A DNA stretch of 35,332 bases from Catajapyx aquilonaris (taxonomy: Eukaryota), in the NCBI GenBank assembly GCA_000934665.2, contig JYFJ02004061.1, positions 1 to 35,332 of the forward strand, given 5' to 3'. This document shows, piece after piece, positions 9,981 through 21,889 of this stretch. Each line of letters starts with the position of its first letter. Position 1 is the first letter of the stretch. Position numbers and translations under genes: made by a program. Below the pieces are notes generated by a model that made no database searches, had not been told where the DNA came from, and worked only from the letters and a program-made list of their open reading frames with translations.

Positions 9981-11277
9981 AATTAGGCACCAATGGGAAT
10001 TTGGTGTTGGCAACAAAGGGTGTTGCGATAGAAAAGGCTCTCAAATCGTATAAACACAGGCCTGGCCATAATATTCTGTGGAGTCACCCTAACCCAGCGG
10101 TTCTTAACCTGGGGTGCTCAGTTTCAATAAATAGAAACCTGTTATGTGCACTGCCACTAAAAATTTAATACAGAATCTGCTGTGATACTTATGCACATAG
10201 TGCAACTTCAACTGATGTACACCACAAGTCTTTACATGAATCATTCTGGTTAATGGAATCTTCCGATGCCAGGAGGGGATATGTAAAAGGATTGTCTCCA
10301 CCAGAGCACTCATACGAAGAAGGAAGTACTGGTAATGATTCAATCTGCCTTGAAAGCAAGATTCCCACTACTGCTTAATGTGCGAGTTTGCAGAACAATG
10401 TTCCTTTCCATGTTTGCAAAATTTTGGCACAGACTCGTTCCAACAATGGGTGAGGTATGATTATTTCCATTCCATCCTGTTCCCACTATAAATTCTGATT
10501 CTACAAGTGACACAAATGATGCAGTTCCTTCCACAAAATTACATTGTTTCACAGTGAAGTTGTAAACTTGTAAGCAGTAAATTTATTACTGAACAACATG
10601 ACATGTTTTTATGTTACGTACAGTACCATGTGCCCAACAGATACATACCAAAACTGCTATGATGCATTATTGCTACGCTTTCGTAATTTTGTGCCATGTC
10701 TACAATTTATACAGTTTCTTGTTGCATTTAATAATAGCCTGTATTAAGAGTGAAAATTAGGAAAGTCATAATGTACTAGGTAACATTAAAATTAAACGGA
10801 TTTTTAGGCCGAGTCCTGAAAAGTTGAAATTTCACCACATAGCAGGTTTTTCCTTTACACTTTACAGTGACGATATATATACTGGTACTGTTAAAGCTTA
10901 AAGAAGTAGTAAAACTAAACAAAAAATTTCAGACACGTCATAGAGCAATTAAAAGTACGGCAATTAAATTACTAGCTATCACGTACGTGACAAATTTTGG
11001 AAGTGCAAATCAAATGTAACACTTTGCATTTATTTCTGCGAATTTAGGAGTCAAGGTTGAATTTTTTTGCGTAGTTGAAGGAGAATCTACAGTTGTGAAA
11101 TTATTTTTTTTACACTTATACATTTAAAGTCGTACTTCCAAAATATTTAAAACTAGCTATCACGCATGTGACATGGCTATCATGTATCTGACAGAGTACG
11201 AATTACATGTGTATTTTAAGTATATTGTAGCATTTATTTGTGTAAAGGGTTACTCCATACTCATAGTAGGTGTACTA

Positions 11278-11453
11278 CAGTTGAATCCGGATATAACAGC
11301 CTCGGCTACAACATACTTTCGGTTGTAAGAGACTTGAAAAACCCGTCCCGGCATATTTCCATATATGGCTTTTGTTTTCGGCTATAACAGACCTCGGCTA
11401 TAACAGACTGATTTCCGCGATCCCTTGGAGTCTGTTATATCCGGAATCAACTG
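11278..11453. mobile_element. Tc1/mariner-pogo type MITE, copy 1
   Basis: TIRs CAGTTGAATCCGGATATAACAG / CTGTTATATCCGGAATCAACTG, with a TA dinucleotide on each side (11276-77, 11454-55). A related copy lies at ~17323-17482. Confidence 0.85.
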
Positions 11454-11671
11454 TAGGCTACTACCTCTAGTAGCTGTGTAATTTGAGCAAAACTGTTTTA
11501 CAAAATAGAAGTTAAACAGGGTTCAGGATAAATGGAATTATTTAAAGATAATTACAATGCCGTACTTTTAAAGAGCATAAGATTCTACCGCCCTGTAATA
11601 TCTAAATAGTCCTATACTTGTGTGCATCAACATATTCACTAAAATATGACCAGTCTGCCTCAAATTATAAA

Positions 11672-11814
11672 GGTGTGTTTACATGTGAGCAATTTGATTG
11701 CAGAGCGATGAATCCAGTTGTTTGGGGCGAAAATCTATTGTTACCATGATTGTTACTTTCGCCCCAAACAATTAGCTTCATCGCGCGATCAAATCAGTCA
11801 CATGTAAACGCACC
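11672..11814. mobile_element. Palindromic MITE with Harbinger-like ends, copy 1
   Basis: Ends GGTGTGTTTACATGTGA / TCACATGTAAACGCACC, with an internal inverted repeat TTTGGGGCGAAA / TTTCGCCCCAAA. A second copy lies at ~15004-15160. Confidence 0.7.
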
Positions 11815-12498
11815 AGTGTTGGCAATATTTGCACTACCCTATAATATATGAGTTATGTCCAGTTGGTATTGCTTAGCATTCTCAACATATGGTGATAATA
11901 AAAACTTTATGACCGACCCTCTTACTTTTCATTGCCTCATCACATTCGCATGCACTCTAACTACTTTCCTGAACCACCATACCAATCTATCACCCATTTT
12001 CCATGCAGGAGATGCACGTGTGATAGTGTACTACCAATAGATTTTGTTGAAAATTTTAATTTTGTTCATGCAGGAAGTGAGCTATGTACTTTTTCGAATT
12101 TCACTAGATGGACCATCATTCCAAATGATTATTTTTTATTTGTATTCAGGTTGAAATGACAGGTGACAAATTTTATTACTGTCACATACGTGTACGGGTT
12201 TGTCACATACGTGATCACGATCACTTATAACTGTCAAACTAATTATGTAAAAAATCTGTCAATTTTGTTTCCAGATGATATAGCCAAACTAACTTTGCAT
12301 TGGTGATAAGAAAACATTTGCCCACAACAACAATTAAAAGTTTATATCACATATGTGACATTCAGATTTTATTTATTCAATGGAAGCTGAATACCATGCA
12401 GGAATGGGATATAATGGTAAATTTTGAAGCGTAATGTAATAGTATGTATATGTTAAAACTGGGTTGCTATATAAGATTTTTTTTAAAATAATCATTAA

Positions 12499-12781
12499 CC
12501 CTGGAACCATGCCGTGGGGTATTTTTGGACCCCAATCAATTAAAATGCATGAAAGTGATAATTACAATGAACTTTTGCCAATTTTGTTACAGTATATAAC
12601 AGGAAGTGCATGTTTATTTTGAATTAGCGATCATTTTAGGGAATGTTCAAAGAATGATTGTATATAGTCAATACATTGAAAAGTATTATATAAAAATTAA
12701 TAAAAATTAAAATATGGATGGGGTCCGAAAAGACCCCACGGCACGGTTGCCGTAACTTTCAGGCATGGCACGGTTCCAGGG
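12499..12781. mobile_element. piggyBac-type MITE
   Basis: TTAA|CCCTGGAACCATGCC ... GGCACGGTTCCAGGG|TTAA gives a TTAA target duplication and CCC/GGG termini. A subterminal inverted repeat (CGTGGGGT..TTT.GGACCCCA) is also present. Confidence 0.88.
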
Positions 12782-13009
12782 TTAAGGGTGTAATTAAGTC
12801 TCAAAAAGACAAATGCAGAATACATGAAAATGAACATTCCTTTACATATACTACACTTCAAAAAGTCAATTCTAGTCCTAGATATTTTTTTGACACCAAT
12901 ATAAATAATACCATTGGAAAGAGCACTATCTGCACATTAATTAATGATGGTAACGCAATTTTGATTTAAAACTTTTAAAAATGAGCCATGGTTTCAAATT
13001 CCATGTAAC

Positions 13010-13230
13010 GACCCAAGAGCATTAAAAATTGATGTTCCATGAGAGACTCACCAGTGATGCTCTTTTAATGTTTTGCGGCTTACAGTGTATAGCGATGAGT
13101 CTCCCAGGGAGCATCAATTTTTAATGCCCTTTTTTGTTGCATTTTAGCATCACAAGAGCATTAGCAGATCATTGAAAATTGATGCTCCAAGGGAGACTCA
13201 CTAGTGATTCTCTTTTAATGGTTTGCGGTA
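13010..13230. repeat. Short direct/inverted repeat cluster, probably a MITE remnant
   Basis: AAAATTGATG(T/C)TCCA.G.GAGACTCAC.AGTGAT.CTCTTTTAATG occurs twice, with an inverted copy (GAGTCTCCCAGGGAGCATCAATTTTTAATG) between the two. Confidence 0.6.
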
Positions 13231-14477
13231 CGGCATATTCATGCCCATTTATTTCTAACCATGCAGTGTGTTCAACACAGCACAAAATGAGGTAGCCACC
13301 AAACAAAAAAAATTTCTCTAATTTTCCAGTCCGATTTTGGGTGCTTTTAACCCGGAGGTGAAGGGTCGACAGGTAGGGGGGGCCATACAAATGCAAATTT
13401 TCATTCAGGGCTAACAGGTGGGTGAAAGGACCCAAAAAAAAGGGTGGGCGGTCGCATGCGTACCTTTTAAAAGGAGGCCTCCAGCCACACAGCACGTGGC
13501 CTACCCCCAGTATAGGCGTCTAGGCGTCTCCAGACGTTGTCCTGGCGCCGTCGCTTGATACAATCGAGTCGAAAGAGATCCTCCGATACTCACAACAGGA
13601 CAAAGGATGCCCGATGGCGTCTCCTTCGAAGTCTCCTCCCTCCCACCCAATTTGTCACGCGTCTTTTCGGAGGGCAACACCAGTTGACAAGACTGTACTC
13701 ATACCGTATACATATAATTTTAAATAAATTTAATAAAAACCTCACTGTCAGATTTTAATGACGCCCAATTATCTGGTACGCCTGCTGTAATTAATTAATT
13801 GAAAAGTGTTGAAAAGTCATGTAGAGTCCAACAATAAGCTAATAAGCTACGCAGAAAAAATAACTGATGTGGGTGATATTAGTTATAACAATTATGTCAC
13901 AATTATTGTGAAAATTTGTCACAATTTGTAGTGACAGCCATAATTGCAGAAACCACTCGACATGTGCGTACCCGTACGTACGGTTGATATCGCATACCAT
14001 GCGTACACTGATTTGCATGGGATTATAGGTCGTTTCCGCCCACATGTCCGCATACACACAAAAAAAAAATCCGGATAAATTAATGTGTAAGGTAAGAAAT
14101 GTTTAATGAGGAATACGTGTCATGCTGCAATCACACCAAATATGACCGAGACTTATTTACAGAAAGTTTTGCGATAAGAAAACTACCAAGAATTCAGTTA
14201 GCAATAAAGTAATCAATTTGAACTTCTTTTTTGTTTGTGGAATACATCAGTCGGAACATTCAACTTTTTTTTTTTTTACAATTCACTGATATTTACACGA
14301 AACACTTTTCTTGAAGCCACGCCACAGCCAGGAATGTTGACCGGTGATCACTTCTTGAAAGACGGCCTTCACAGGAGGATGTCATTGCTCATTCCAATTT
14401 GTCCACAAGTGACTAAAAAATATCCAAACCGCTCACTCAAAAGAAAGATAAATAAATGGCAGTTGTGCACTTCCCAG

Positions 14478-17400
14478 CTACCTAGCCCACACTTCTTGCA
14501 TAAAACTCGCATCAAGTGTCTCGGCTGGCAAGACATTAAGCCCGCGAACCGTTTCCAAGTAAAAAGTCAGCTCTGAGATTACCACTCTGAAAAAGAAAGA
14601 GACCTCCAATTAATTACATATCTAAATTTATTACTGATGAAGTGCAGAGTTGGATCGGAAACAGTGCGTACCCGTGCTGAGGTCCTCCATCACTGACCAC
14701 CTTCAGTTTGGTGAGCTGTGCTCTGAGCAAATCCCTAAGGGCTTGGTGGAGCCTCTCAAACAATGCGGCAACTTGCTGCGGTGGAAGAACAGTCCCAAGA
14801 GCCTCGTGCAGTTTCCCCACCTGCCTCGTTATGGCTCTGAAGCACACTGATGGCACCGGAGGCTTCACTTCCCACTTGGAAATCTGCAGGGAAGTACAAA
14901 CGCAAAGGTAAAACACATATTTAGAATATTGTAATAAAGCTTGCACATTAACAAAATGATTTTGTTAATGCAACAATTAATGCTCAATGTATCGATGACT
15001 CAAGGTGCTTTTACATGTGAGCGATTTGATCAGCGATGTCATTGCTAGCGATGAATCAAATTGTTTTGGGCGAAAATCGATTGTTACTTTTGCCCCAAAC
15101 AGTTAGATTCATCGCTCAGTAATGATATCGCTGATCAAATCGCTTACTTGTAAACTCGTCTTAAAATCCTTTGAACTGACAGCAACTTCGTTTGCATGCA
15201 AGCTTTTTTTATTACGATCAAGTAGAAAAGTCATGGTAATTAATAAATATTGTAAGTGTACCTGTTGGTCAAGCAAGCTCGTAATGATCCCCAGCAGCTT
15301 GGTTTCAATCTCGGCCACGTGGTCCTTGAAATCCTGCTGCACCGACAAAAGGGATCGCAGCAGTAGTCCGTGAGGATGGATGTGGGGGAGCACCTTTTGC
15401 GTTTGGGTAGGGGAAGGAGGATGGGTGGCCTCCAGTAGCCCCTGAAAGTGGTCGTGCACCTTAGGCATGAGGTGCAGCAACAACTGGAGGGATCTGGAGG
15501 CCAGGGCCAGGTTTGTGCTGGTGATAGTCTTAAGGCCCACTTGGTGTAGGGCTCCAGCACCTAGCACCAGCTGGCAGCAGCGGGAGTTAAACAGCTTCAG
15601 AAGCTCAGAGAGACGAAGCAGCAGGTCTGGCACAGCAACTCCCAACAGGCCAGCTGCCTCACAGTACTCCACCACCATCTTCAGCACCAGTAAGGCCGTT
15701 CTGCGGAAGAATGCATGACTTGCAGCAATTACTTGTCCGGCAGCAACTTGAGAAATGCAACAAAATAAGACATACCCAACAACAGCAAATTCTTCTTCAT
15801 CTAATGTCAAGGATGGTGCAGGAGGTTTCTTAGCATCAGGTGATTCAGATCCTGAGAATCGATGTGGCAATTGCAATTTCCCTGCAACAAAATGATAAAA
15901 GTTAATTACATGATCAGCTACAGCCTGTGCTCATACACTTGCCTGTGTTGTTCATAAAGTCAACAAGTTCTTGGAACTCGGCGGGCACGTCAGCCTGCTT
16001 CCACCTCTCCGCCTCCAGAAGTAGTGCCAGCTTTGCTTTTCGCTCCTCGTGGAACCTCTGCACAAACTTGGATACCTGCCCCTGCAAGGCCAGCTGCAGC
16101 GCTGTGCTCCTGCAGCCACTCACACCCCTTCCCTCCTCCACAAATGATTCCACACACCTCCACAATTCCACAAACTGCTGACATGTCAACCTCTCGAGAA
16201 AACCGTCTCTAGATCGAGTGGTTACCAATCGGGCTGACCTCTCATGAGCACAGTCACACACACACTGAAGGAGATCGCGGAGACGGAGGGATAAGTCCAC
16301 ATGTTCAGAGTCAGGCAGAAGGACATCTTCAGCTGACGGCGACCTGGAATAGTTACAATACTCTGCATTAAATGTGAATTGAAAAGCTGCAGAAACCACA
16401 GCGACTTTTGGAAAGCAATGGATAGAGCCAGACATTGATGCTGACAGTCTATCAAAGTAACGAAACTTCTAAAATCGAAACGTAAGACTGACATCACAAG
16501 CCTCGTAACTGTTAGTTACTTTGGTGACAGTCACCGATTCCTATTGTGATGTCAATGCTACTCTCAGGCTAAATACTGCATCGGTAAAAGCCGCACAATA
16601 CTTACAATGGCACTTGCATGGTGGTAACCTGCGGACATTCCTGCGCCCGTTCCCTCATTCCAAGTGAGGAAGTGGGTCGTGCCTTCCCTGCTGCAATGTC
16701 GACTGCATCCTGCATGACTCCAACCACAGCCTTTGGTCACAAAAATCAAGCGTTAAGATCACTGTAGAAACATAACTACGGCTGAGACTTCAGAGTCAGG
16801 TTACCTTCACCCTCTTGAGCAGCATAAGAAGATTTTGATGGGTCTGCTGTAGCAGCTGCAACCACTCAGGGAACTCGAGTAACCTGAGTTGGTCCATGAG
16901 GCTGGTGACAGGTCCCTCAGTGTCTATAGAGTCCAAGGGAGAAACAGCTTCCACCACTGTTTGCTTCACCACTGCTTTCACTGCTGTGCAAGCCTCATCT
17001 CGGTAATCATCCACAAAGGTGAATGTTCGTTGACGAAGCATGCCAAACACTATGGCCACCAGCTTCTCCTACAAATGGAAACAGAAATAAATAATTCATC
17101 ATCATCAAATCAGTGCATTTTTTAAAAACGGTCAGGACGTACACTTAGCAAGGGAGGAACAAGAATAAGCATGACAGACATCAACGACATTTTGCAAAAA
17201 ATAGCAAATGGCAAATTTAACATGAATCGCTTCCATTCTGTCTATAGTTTTTTTTACTTATCTGCATGCAGTGCTTTATTTTCTTAACAGTAAAACACGA
17301 TCACAAGAAGCCAAAAAAAATCAAATTGAATCTGGATATAACAGACTTCAAGGGACCGTGGAAATCGGTATGTTATAACCAAACACACAATCCATATATG

Positions 17401-20274
17401 GAAGTACACAGGGACTGGCCTTTCAAGCCTGTTATAACCGACAGTCTGTTATAGCCGAGGCTGTTATATCCGGATTCAATTGTATTAAGATAAGAAAAAA
17501 AGCAAATAAAATTTCACACCATCACCAAAAAACCTGAGCCAACCTCCTCTAAAACAGAGTCATTTTCAGCGAGTGGCCTGTTGAGATCAGCGGTAGCATG
17601 TCTTTGAAACTCTGCCCTGAGCATCTTCTGCACAATCCTTCCAAGTTCAGCCAGCTGCGATCCCAAGTGTCTGAAGGCATGTGCTCCAGCCAGCTCCAGG
17701 GACAGGACATCCTGGGTGGTGGACATGAGGTCCAGGGCACCCACATAGTCTGAAGTGCTCAGGAGCAGCTGGATGTTTGGTTGGGTTTGCTGAACTGTTG
17801 CCATCAGCCGGAGCTTATTGAACACAGCTTGCTGGTTACGCTGACGGATCTGGAGGCGGAGGAGGTGAAGGGATCCTCGAACCAGAGTGCTGTCTATCTG
17901 ACCCACTTTGCATCTGTAGAGGTTAGATCATATCAGAACTGACCATTTATCAACAAGTGTCTGACAGATGAATACCTGAGAAGCCTTACTGCCTCTATAG
18001 TTTGCCGCAGTTGCTCATGTAATGCATCGTGCGAGGACACAGCCTTAAAGAAAGCCTGTGCTTTGTGGGCCACCTGCTGTGCAATGGCCACTTCGACCAC
18101 GTCCAGGTGATGGGTCAGTTTTTCCTGCAGAAGCTTAGCTGACGTACCAGTCTTCATTATTAACATTGTGGAGTGTGATGAAGTTGACGAGTTCCGCCTC
18201 CCCAAGCCTAGTTCAGTCACGGGAAGAACTGCCATAAAAGTGGCAGCATCTTCCAGCCTCAATGACTCCTGCAAAAACACCTGAGGAATGCTGCTCAGTG
18301 CTGCTTGGCCCTGCTCTGGAATTTAAACAGAATATTGTTCAGAACTGCACACTGAAATGCAATATGGCTAATAAAACACCTTTTCCTGATTTCTAAAGTT
18401 AAGCAGATTATGGCATCCTTTTTCAAAAGGTCCTTTAAGAAACAGCAGTACATGACAAGAACTTAAGCCACCGAACTCACCCAGCGAACGAGTTGCCTGC
18501 AGGTTTGGAAACAACTGGAGAAGATCATTCTGCTGTGACTTTTGTGGGAGACTAGACTTCCTCTTCTGCAGCTTTTTGTACCGGCGGCTTGTCCTCTTCA
18601 GGTAAGTCTCGAAACTCTCCCTACACACCTCGGGAAGTACAGCCGACTTAGGAACAGTGGCTGGCTCCACAAAGTAGTCTCCCCAAGTCTTTGTAAAGAA
18701 GTCTCTCTGCTTCCCCTTGTTGGGGTCATTGAGTACGGCAGGCAAGTTTTGAGACGATGAATACACACTCCACTTTTCACTCTCTGGAACCACATTCGGA
18801 GGGTGCTGCTGGGAGTTCTCTGGGTGGGGGTAATGGTGGGGCAGGGCAACACCATCGGGACTGCCCTGCTTCTTGGCCCTAGGCAACCCCCAGGGATTTC
18901 CGCTGCCAGTTCCGCCCAAATGATGGCGATTGACGTGCTCCTCATAGTCCTGGTCACTCACACCCTCCATTGGCAAAAGTGTGCACACCCCATTTGATCC
19001 ATAGCGGCAAGTGAAGGAACCACCCTCACGGGTGCAGTGATGCTCGCGGAGATGCCTGAAAAATTACCTCACATGTAGTTGGGTCCTGTGCACATTTCCT
19101 TGAGAACACAATGAATGTAAATTGCTTCGATTTCACTGTAAATGAATGAAAAAATATTGTACAAACCAGAATAATTATGAGGAATATATACGTGGACATG
19201 GCTTTCAAACCACAAAGTCGTATGCTACGTAGATAAACTGACAGTAAAATGGGATCACCCTGAGTGCATAAGACAAAAAAATAAATGCATAAAAACAAGC
19301 AACCCTAGATCTAGGGGCAAAGGTGGAAAACATACTGCACTGGTCATAGATAAACAAGTTCATCTGCAGGCTAGCTAAGATTCTGTATGACTTGAATAAG
19401 ACTTACGAGCTAAGTCAAGTCCTCAATTCATGCAGCATACAAACAAGGTTTGCACTTTGCATGCAACGTATACACTTGTAATGCTTTGCATACATTATCC
19501 ATTCAGAGAATGCCAATCCATGCATATGCAAATGAGACTCTTGCTATGTAGTACGGCACAAAATTGTAGGTAAATACATTCAAAAATTACAAATATCCAT
19601 TGCCACTTTCATCAGCATCCTATGTTTAATTTCATTTAAAATTTGACTTTTACTCCTGTCTGCAACACTAGTTTTGCGGCATATTTTTATTGCGCACCAC
19701 TCTCGCAATATATTAATTACAACCGCAAATGAGGATTTTCCCATGGAATGCACCGTGCAAATGACATTACAGGCAATTGGCCGCATTCAAACAACAAATT
19801 GCACAAGCAAACATCCCATATGTCAAATGGCATAATCCGCTTTAATCCAAGGTTATCAGCAATAAAACCTCTGACTCCGTTGCCAATGAAGTGCAGCAAT
19901 GTTAATATAATGCTCTCCAAGAGATTGGTTCAAATTAATTATTTTTAATGGTCTTAGACCTCAATGTGGCTACCCTCTATTAATTCACTCGCTACTTTCA
20001 CATGTGTCAACGCACACGGCTTCAATAATAAGACGAACCCAACGTAATCTCCAAGTCTATCGCACACCGCGAATGCCGTACGTTCTACCCACTGACATGA
20101 TTCTAACCGTTCATTACGTCAAGCCATGATTCGAATAATGTTAAATAGAACCAATATTTTTGTGTAAATTAGAACACACATGAACCCCGCTGAACCCTTC
20201 ACAAACCAGGCAAACTCCTGCGTTCCCTTGAAGCTGAGGGCAGGGCAGTAGCTGCAGGAATGGGCATGGCTCAT
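14478..20274 (-). CDS. VPS54: Vacuolar protein sorting 54 (GARP complex subunit; Drosophila scattered orthologue), ~1002 aa
   Basis: Inferred exons: 20274-20207, 19055-18481, 18315-17976, 17913-17544, 17068-16805, 16730-16606, 16343-15943, 15881-15776, 15700-15262, 14883-14672, 14586-14478 (3009 nt, phases consistent). Conserved motifs include QNLPAVLNDP, FFTKTWG, LQEKLTHHLDVVEV, FHEERKAKL..LLEAERWKQADVP, LFNSRCCQLVLGAGA, GLKTITSTNLALASRSLQL, WEVKPPVPS and DGGPQHG. Confidence 0.95.
15004..15160. mobile_element. Palindromic MITE with Harbinger-like ends, copy 2 (in a VPS54 intron)
   Basis: GGTGCTTTTACATGTGAGCGATTTGATC ... GATCAAATCGCTTACTTGTAAAC, homologous to 11672-11814. Confidence 0.7.
17323..17482. 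mobile_element. Tc1/pogo-type MITE, copy 2 (inverted, in a VPS54 intron)
   Basis: AATTGAATCTGGATATAACAG ... CTGTTATATCCGGATTCAATTG|TA; the internal sequence is the reverse complement of 11278-11453. Confidence 0.75.
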
Positions 20275-20539
20275 CTTGGCTCCACCAGTCCCTCCATCGA
20301 TCTGACCGAAGTGAGGTCAAAGGTCAGGGGCATTCGACCACCCAAAAGGCCTGAGAATGAATCCGAAGTGGTCAGCCCCTGGTGATGATGACCCAGCTGT
20401 TGGCAGACGGCAGCCATACCCAGCGGCATCTGGCGGCACCAAATTTGTCACCAAAATTGTCACCAGTTCAACCGGCATGAACGCGCCGTTAATTAACAAT
20501 GCGAAATTGACACGCACAATTATAAACAAAGGTGTGTTA

Positions 20540-20620
20540 ATTAAAGTGACGTCAGCTCGAATTGGCCGCCATGTTGTGCGTCTGTCACGTGACACCTCTG
20601 CTGCGTTGCTATTGGCTGAG
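20540..20620. promoter_or_regulatory. Putative bidirectional promoter core for VPS54 and the SLC3A-like gene
   Basis: The two genes are head-to-head. Clustered motifs: TGACGTCA (20547-54), ATTGG (20561-65 and 20611-15), GCCGCCATGTTG (YY1-like, 20565-76) and TGTCACGTGACA (E-box, 20583-94). Confidence 0.6.
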
Positions 20621-21666
20621 GGCTGCAATATGGCTGCCTCCTGCATGTTGTTTTCAGGTTTCAATGTGAAGGTGTTCTTCCTTTCCTGAGAGATCTGCGA
20701 CGTCTTGTGCTGACCTGACTCGTTCGTTGCATTTCGTAGACGCCAAAGGAATGCACGCTGACCCTTTGTAGAACCTCCCCCACCCGCATCTAGTGTTGTG
20801 TTAATTAGTTGTCGTCAAATTTTGGTTGTGCATGATGATATGGTTACGTGCTATAATAATAAGTGTGGGTTCACACGGGTGTCGTTGCTGTCGTTGTTGC
20901 TGTCGTTGGAATGTACACTGTGAGGGACGGCAGCTCTTTGAAGTACAGCAACGACGCTCAAGTGAATCCGACAGAGCAGCGTAGATGTTTATGTAACTGT
21001 TTCACGACTGGCGTTAACCTGTGTTTTCTCCGCAAGTTGATGGGAGACGAGACACACAAGTCATGCAAATTCATAATTAGCTTGTAATCGTCATCATTGG
21101 CTACAAAGCATATGGAGTGAAATGATGAGGTTTCACTTGCGGAGTTGCGAATCATCCGCTTTGTACTGCACAGTGCGGGCAATGATGAGATTAGAAAATG
21201 AAGCAATGTGGAATTTTATGGTGTTTACCAAAGATTGGTCCATACAGTAGAATGAAGGAGTGTTGCACAAAACATTGTACATAATTGCTGGTTCTAATTA
21301 GTGCAAAATAATTTTCTGCTTACAAATATGTTTTATTTCTGCATATCCATTTGTTGAGTTGCGTAATAAATCGGTTGACCGTATGCTTGGTGTGTAGTGT
21401 GCTTACTTGCCCTGATCACTCTAATCATAATTACATCCAAGACTGTCTTGAGAGGTTGACTTCCAAAATTATCCATTCATGCTGGGTTTTTTTTTGCATG
21501 GCATCTACATTTATTGTTAATACCCATAATGACTAGAATACTGTGTTGTTGCGTTACACCCAATTAAATTGCCATTACAAGTTAATTCATGTGGAATCGT
21601 GGCTGGTGGATAACTTTGAAAGGAAACGTTTCAACTCATGTCTTTAGCTAGGAACACGCGTGGGAC

Positions 21667-21854
21667 ATGGACTACCTCCATTTGCCAGAAGCAGATGGNT
21701 AAAAACAGAGGTTTTAATACACAGGATATGAGGAAAGTAAATAGACCACGGCGTTCCATAAAGAAAATTGTCGAGGTGGTGAAGTCCGCCCCCATGCTAG
21801 GGGGGCGCAAAAGTGATATGTTTTTCTAAAGGATGTAACAATATGTCAATAAAC

Positions 21855-21889
<35 letters not shown>

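Larger units (their letters stand above)
10930..12365 (-). mobile_element. Degraded DNA transposon with a Sola2-like transposase relic and nested MITEs
   Basis: Minus-strand fragments IIIWNDGPSSEIRK (~12135-12092) and LHGKWVIDWYGGSG (~12008-11967) resemble the SDG..SQFKN and HGKG..DG.GG transposase motifs. Repeated TCAC(G/A)TA(C/T)GTGAC-like motifs occur near both sides (10979-10991, 11161-11172, 12181-12215, 12347-12360). Exact ends were not found. Confidence 0.5.

Noticed and set aside
15122..18997. Plus-strand ORFs overlapping VPS54
   Set aside because: Antisense shadows of GC-rich coding exons.
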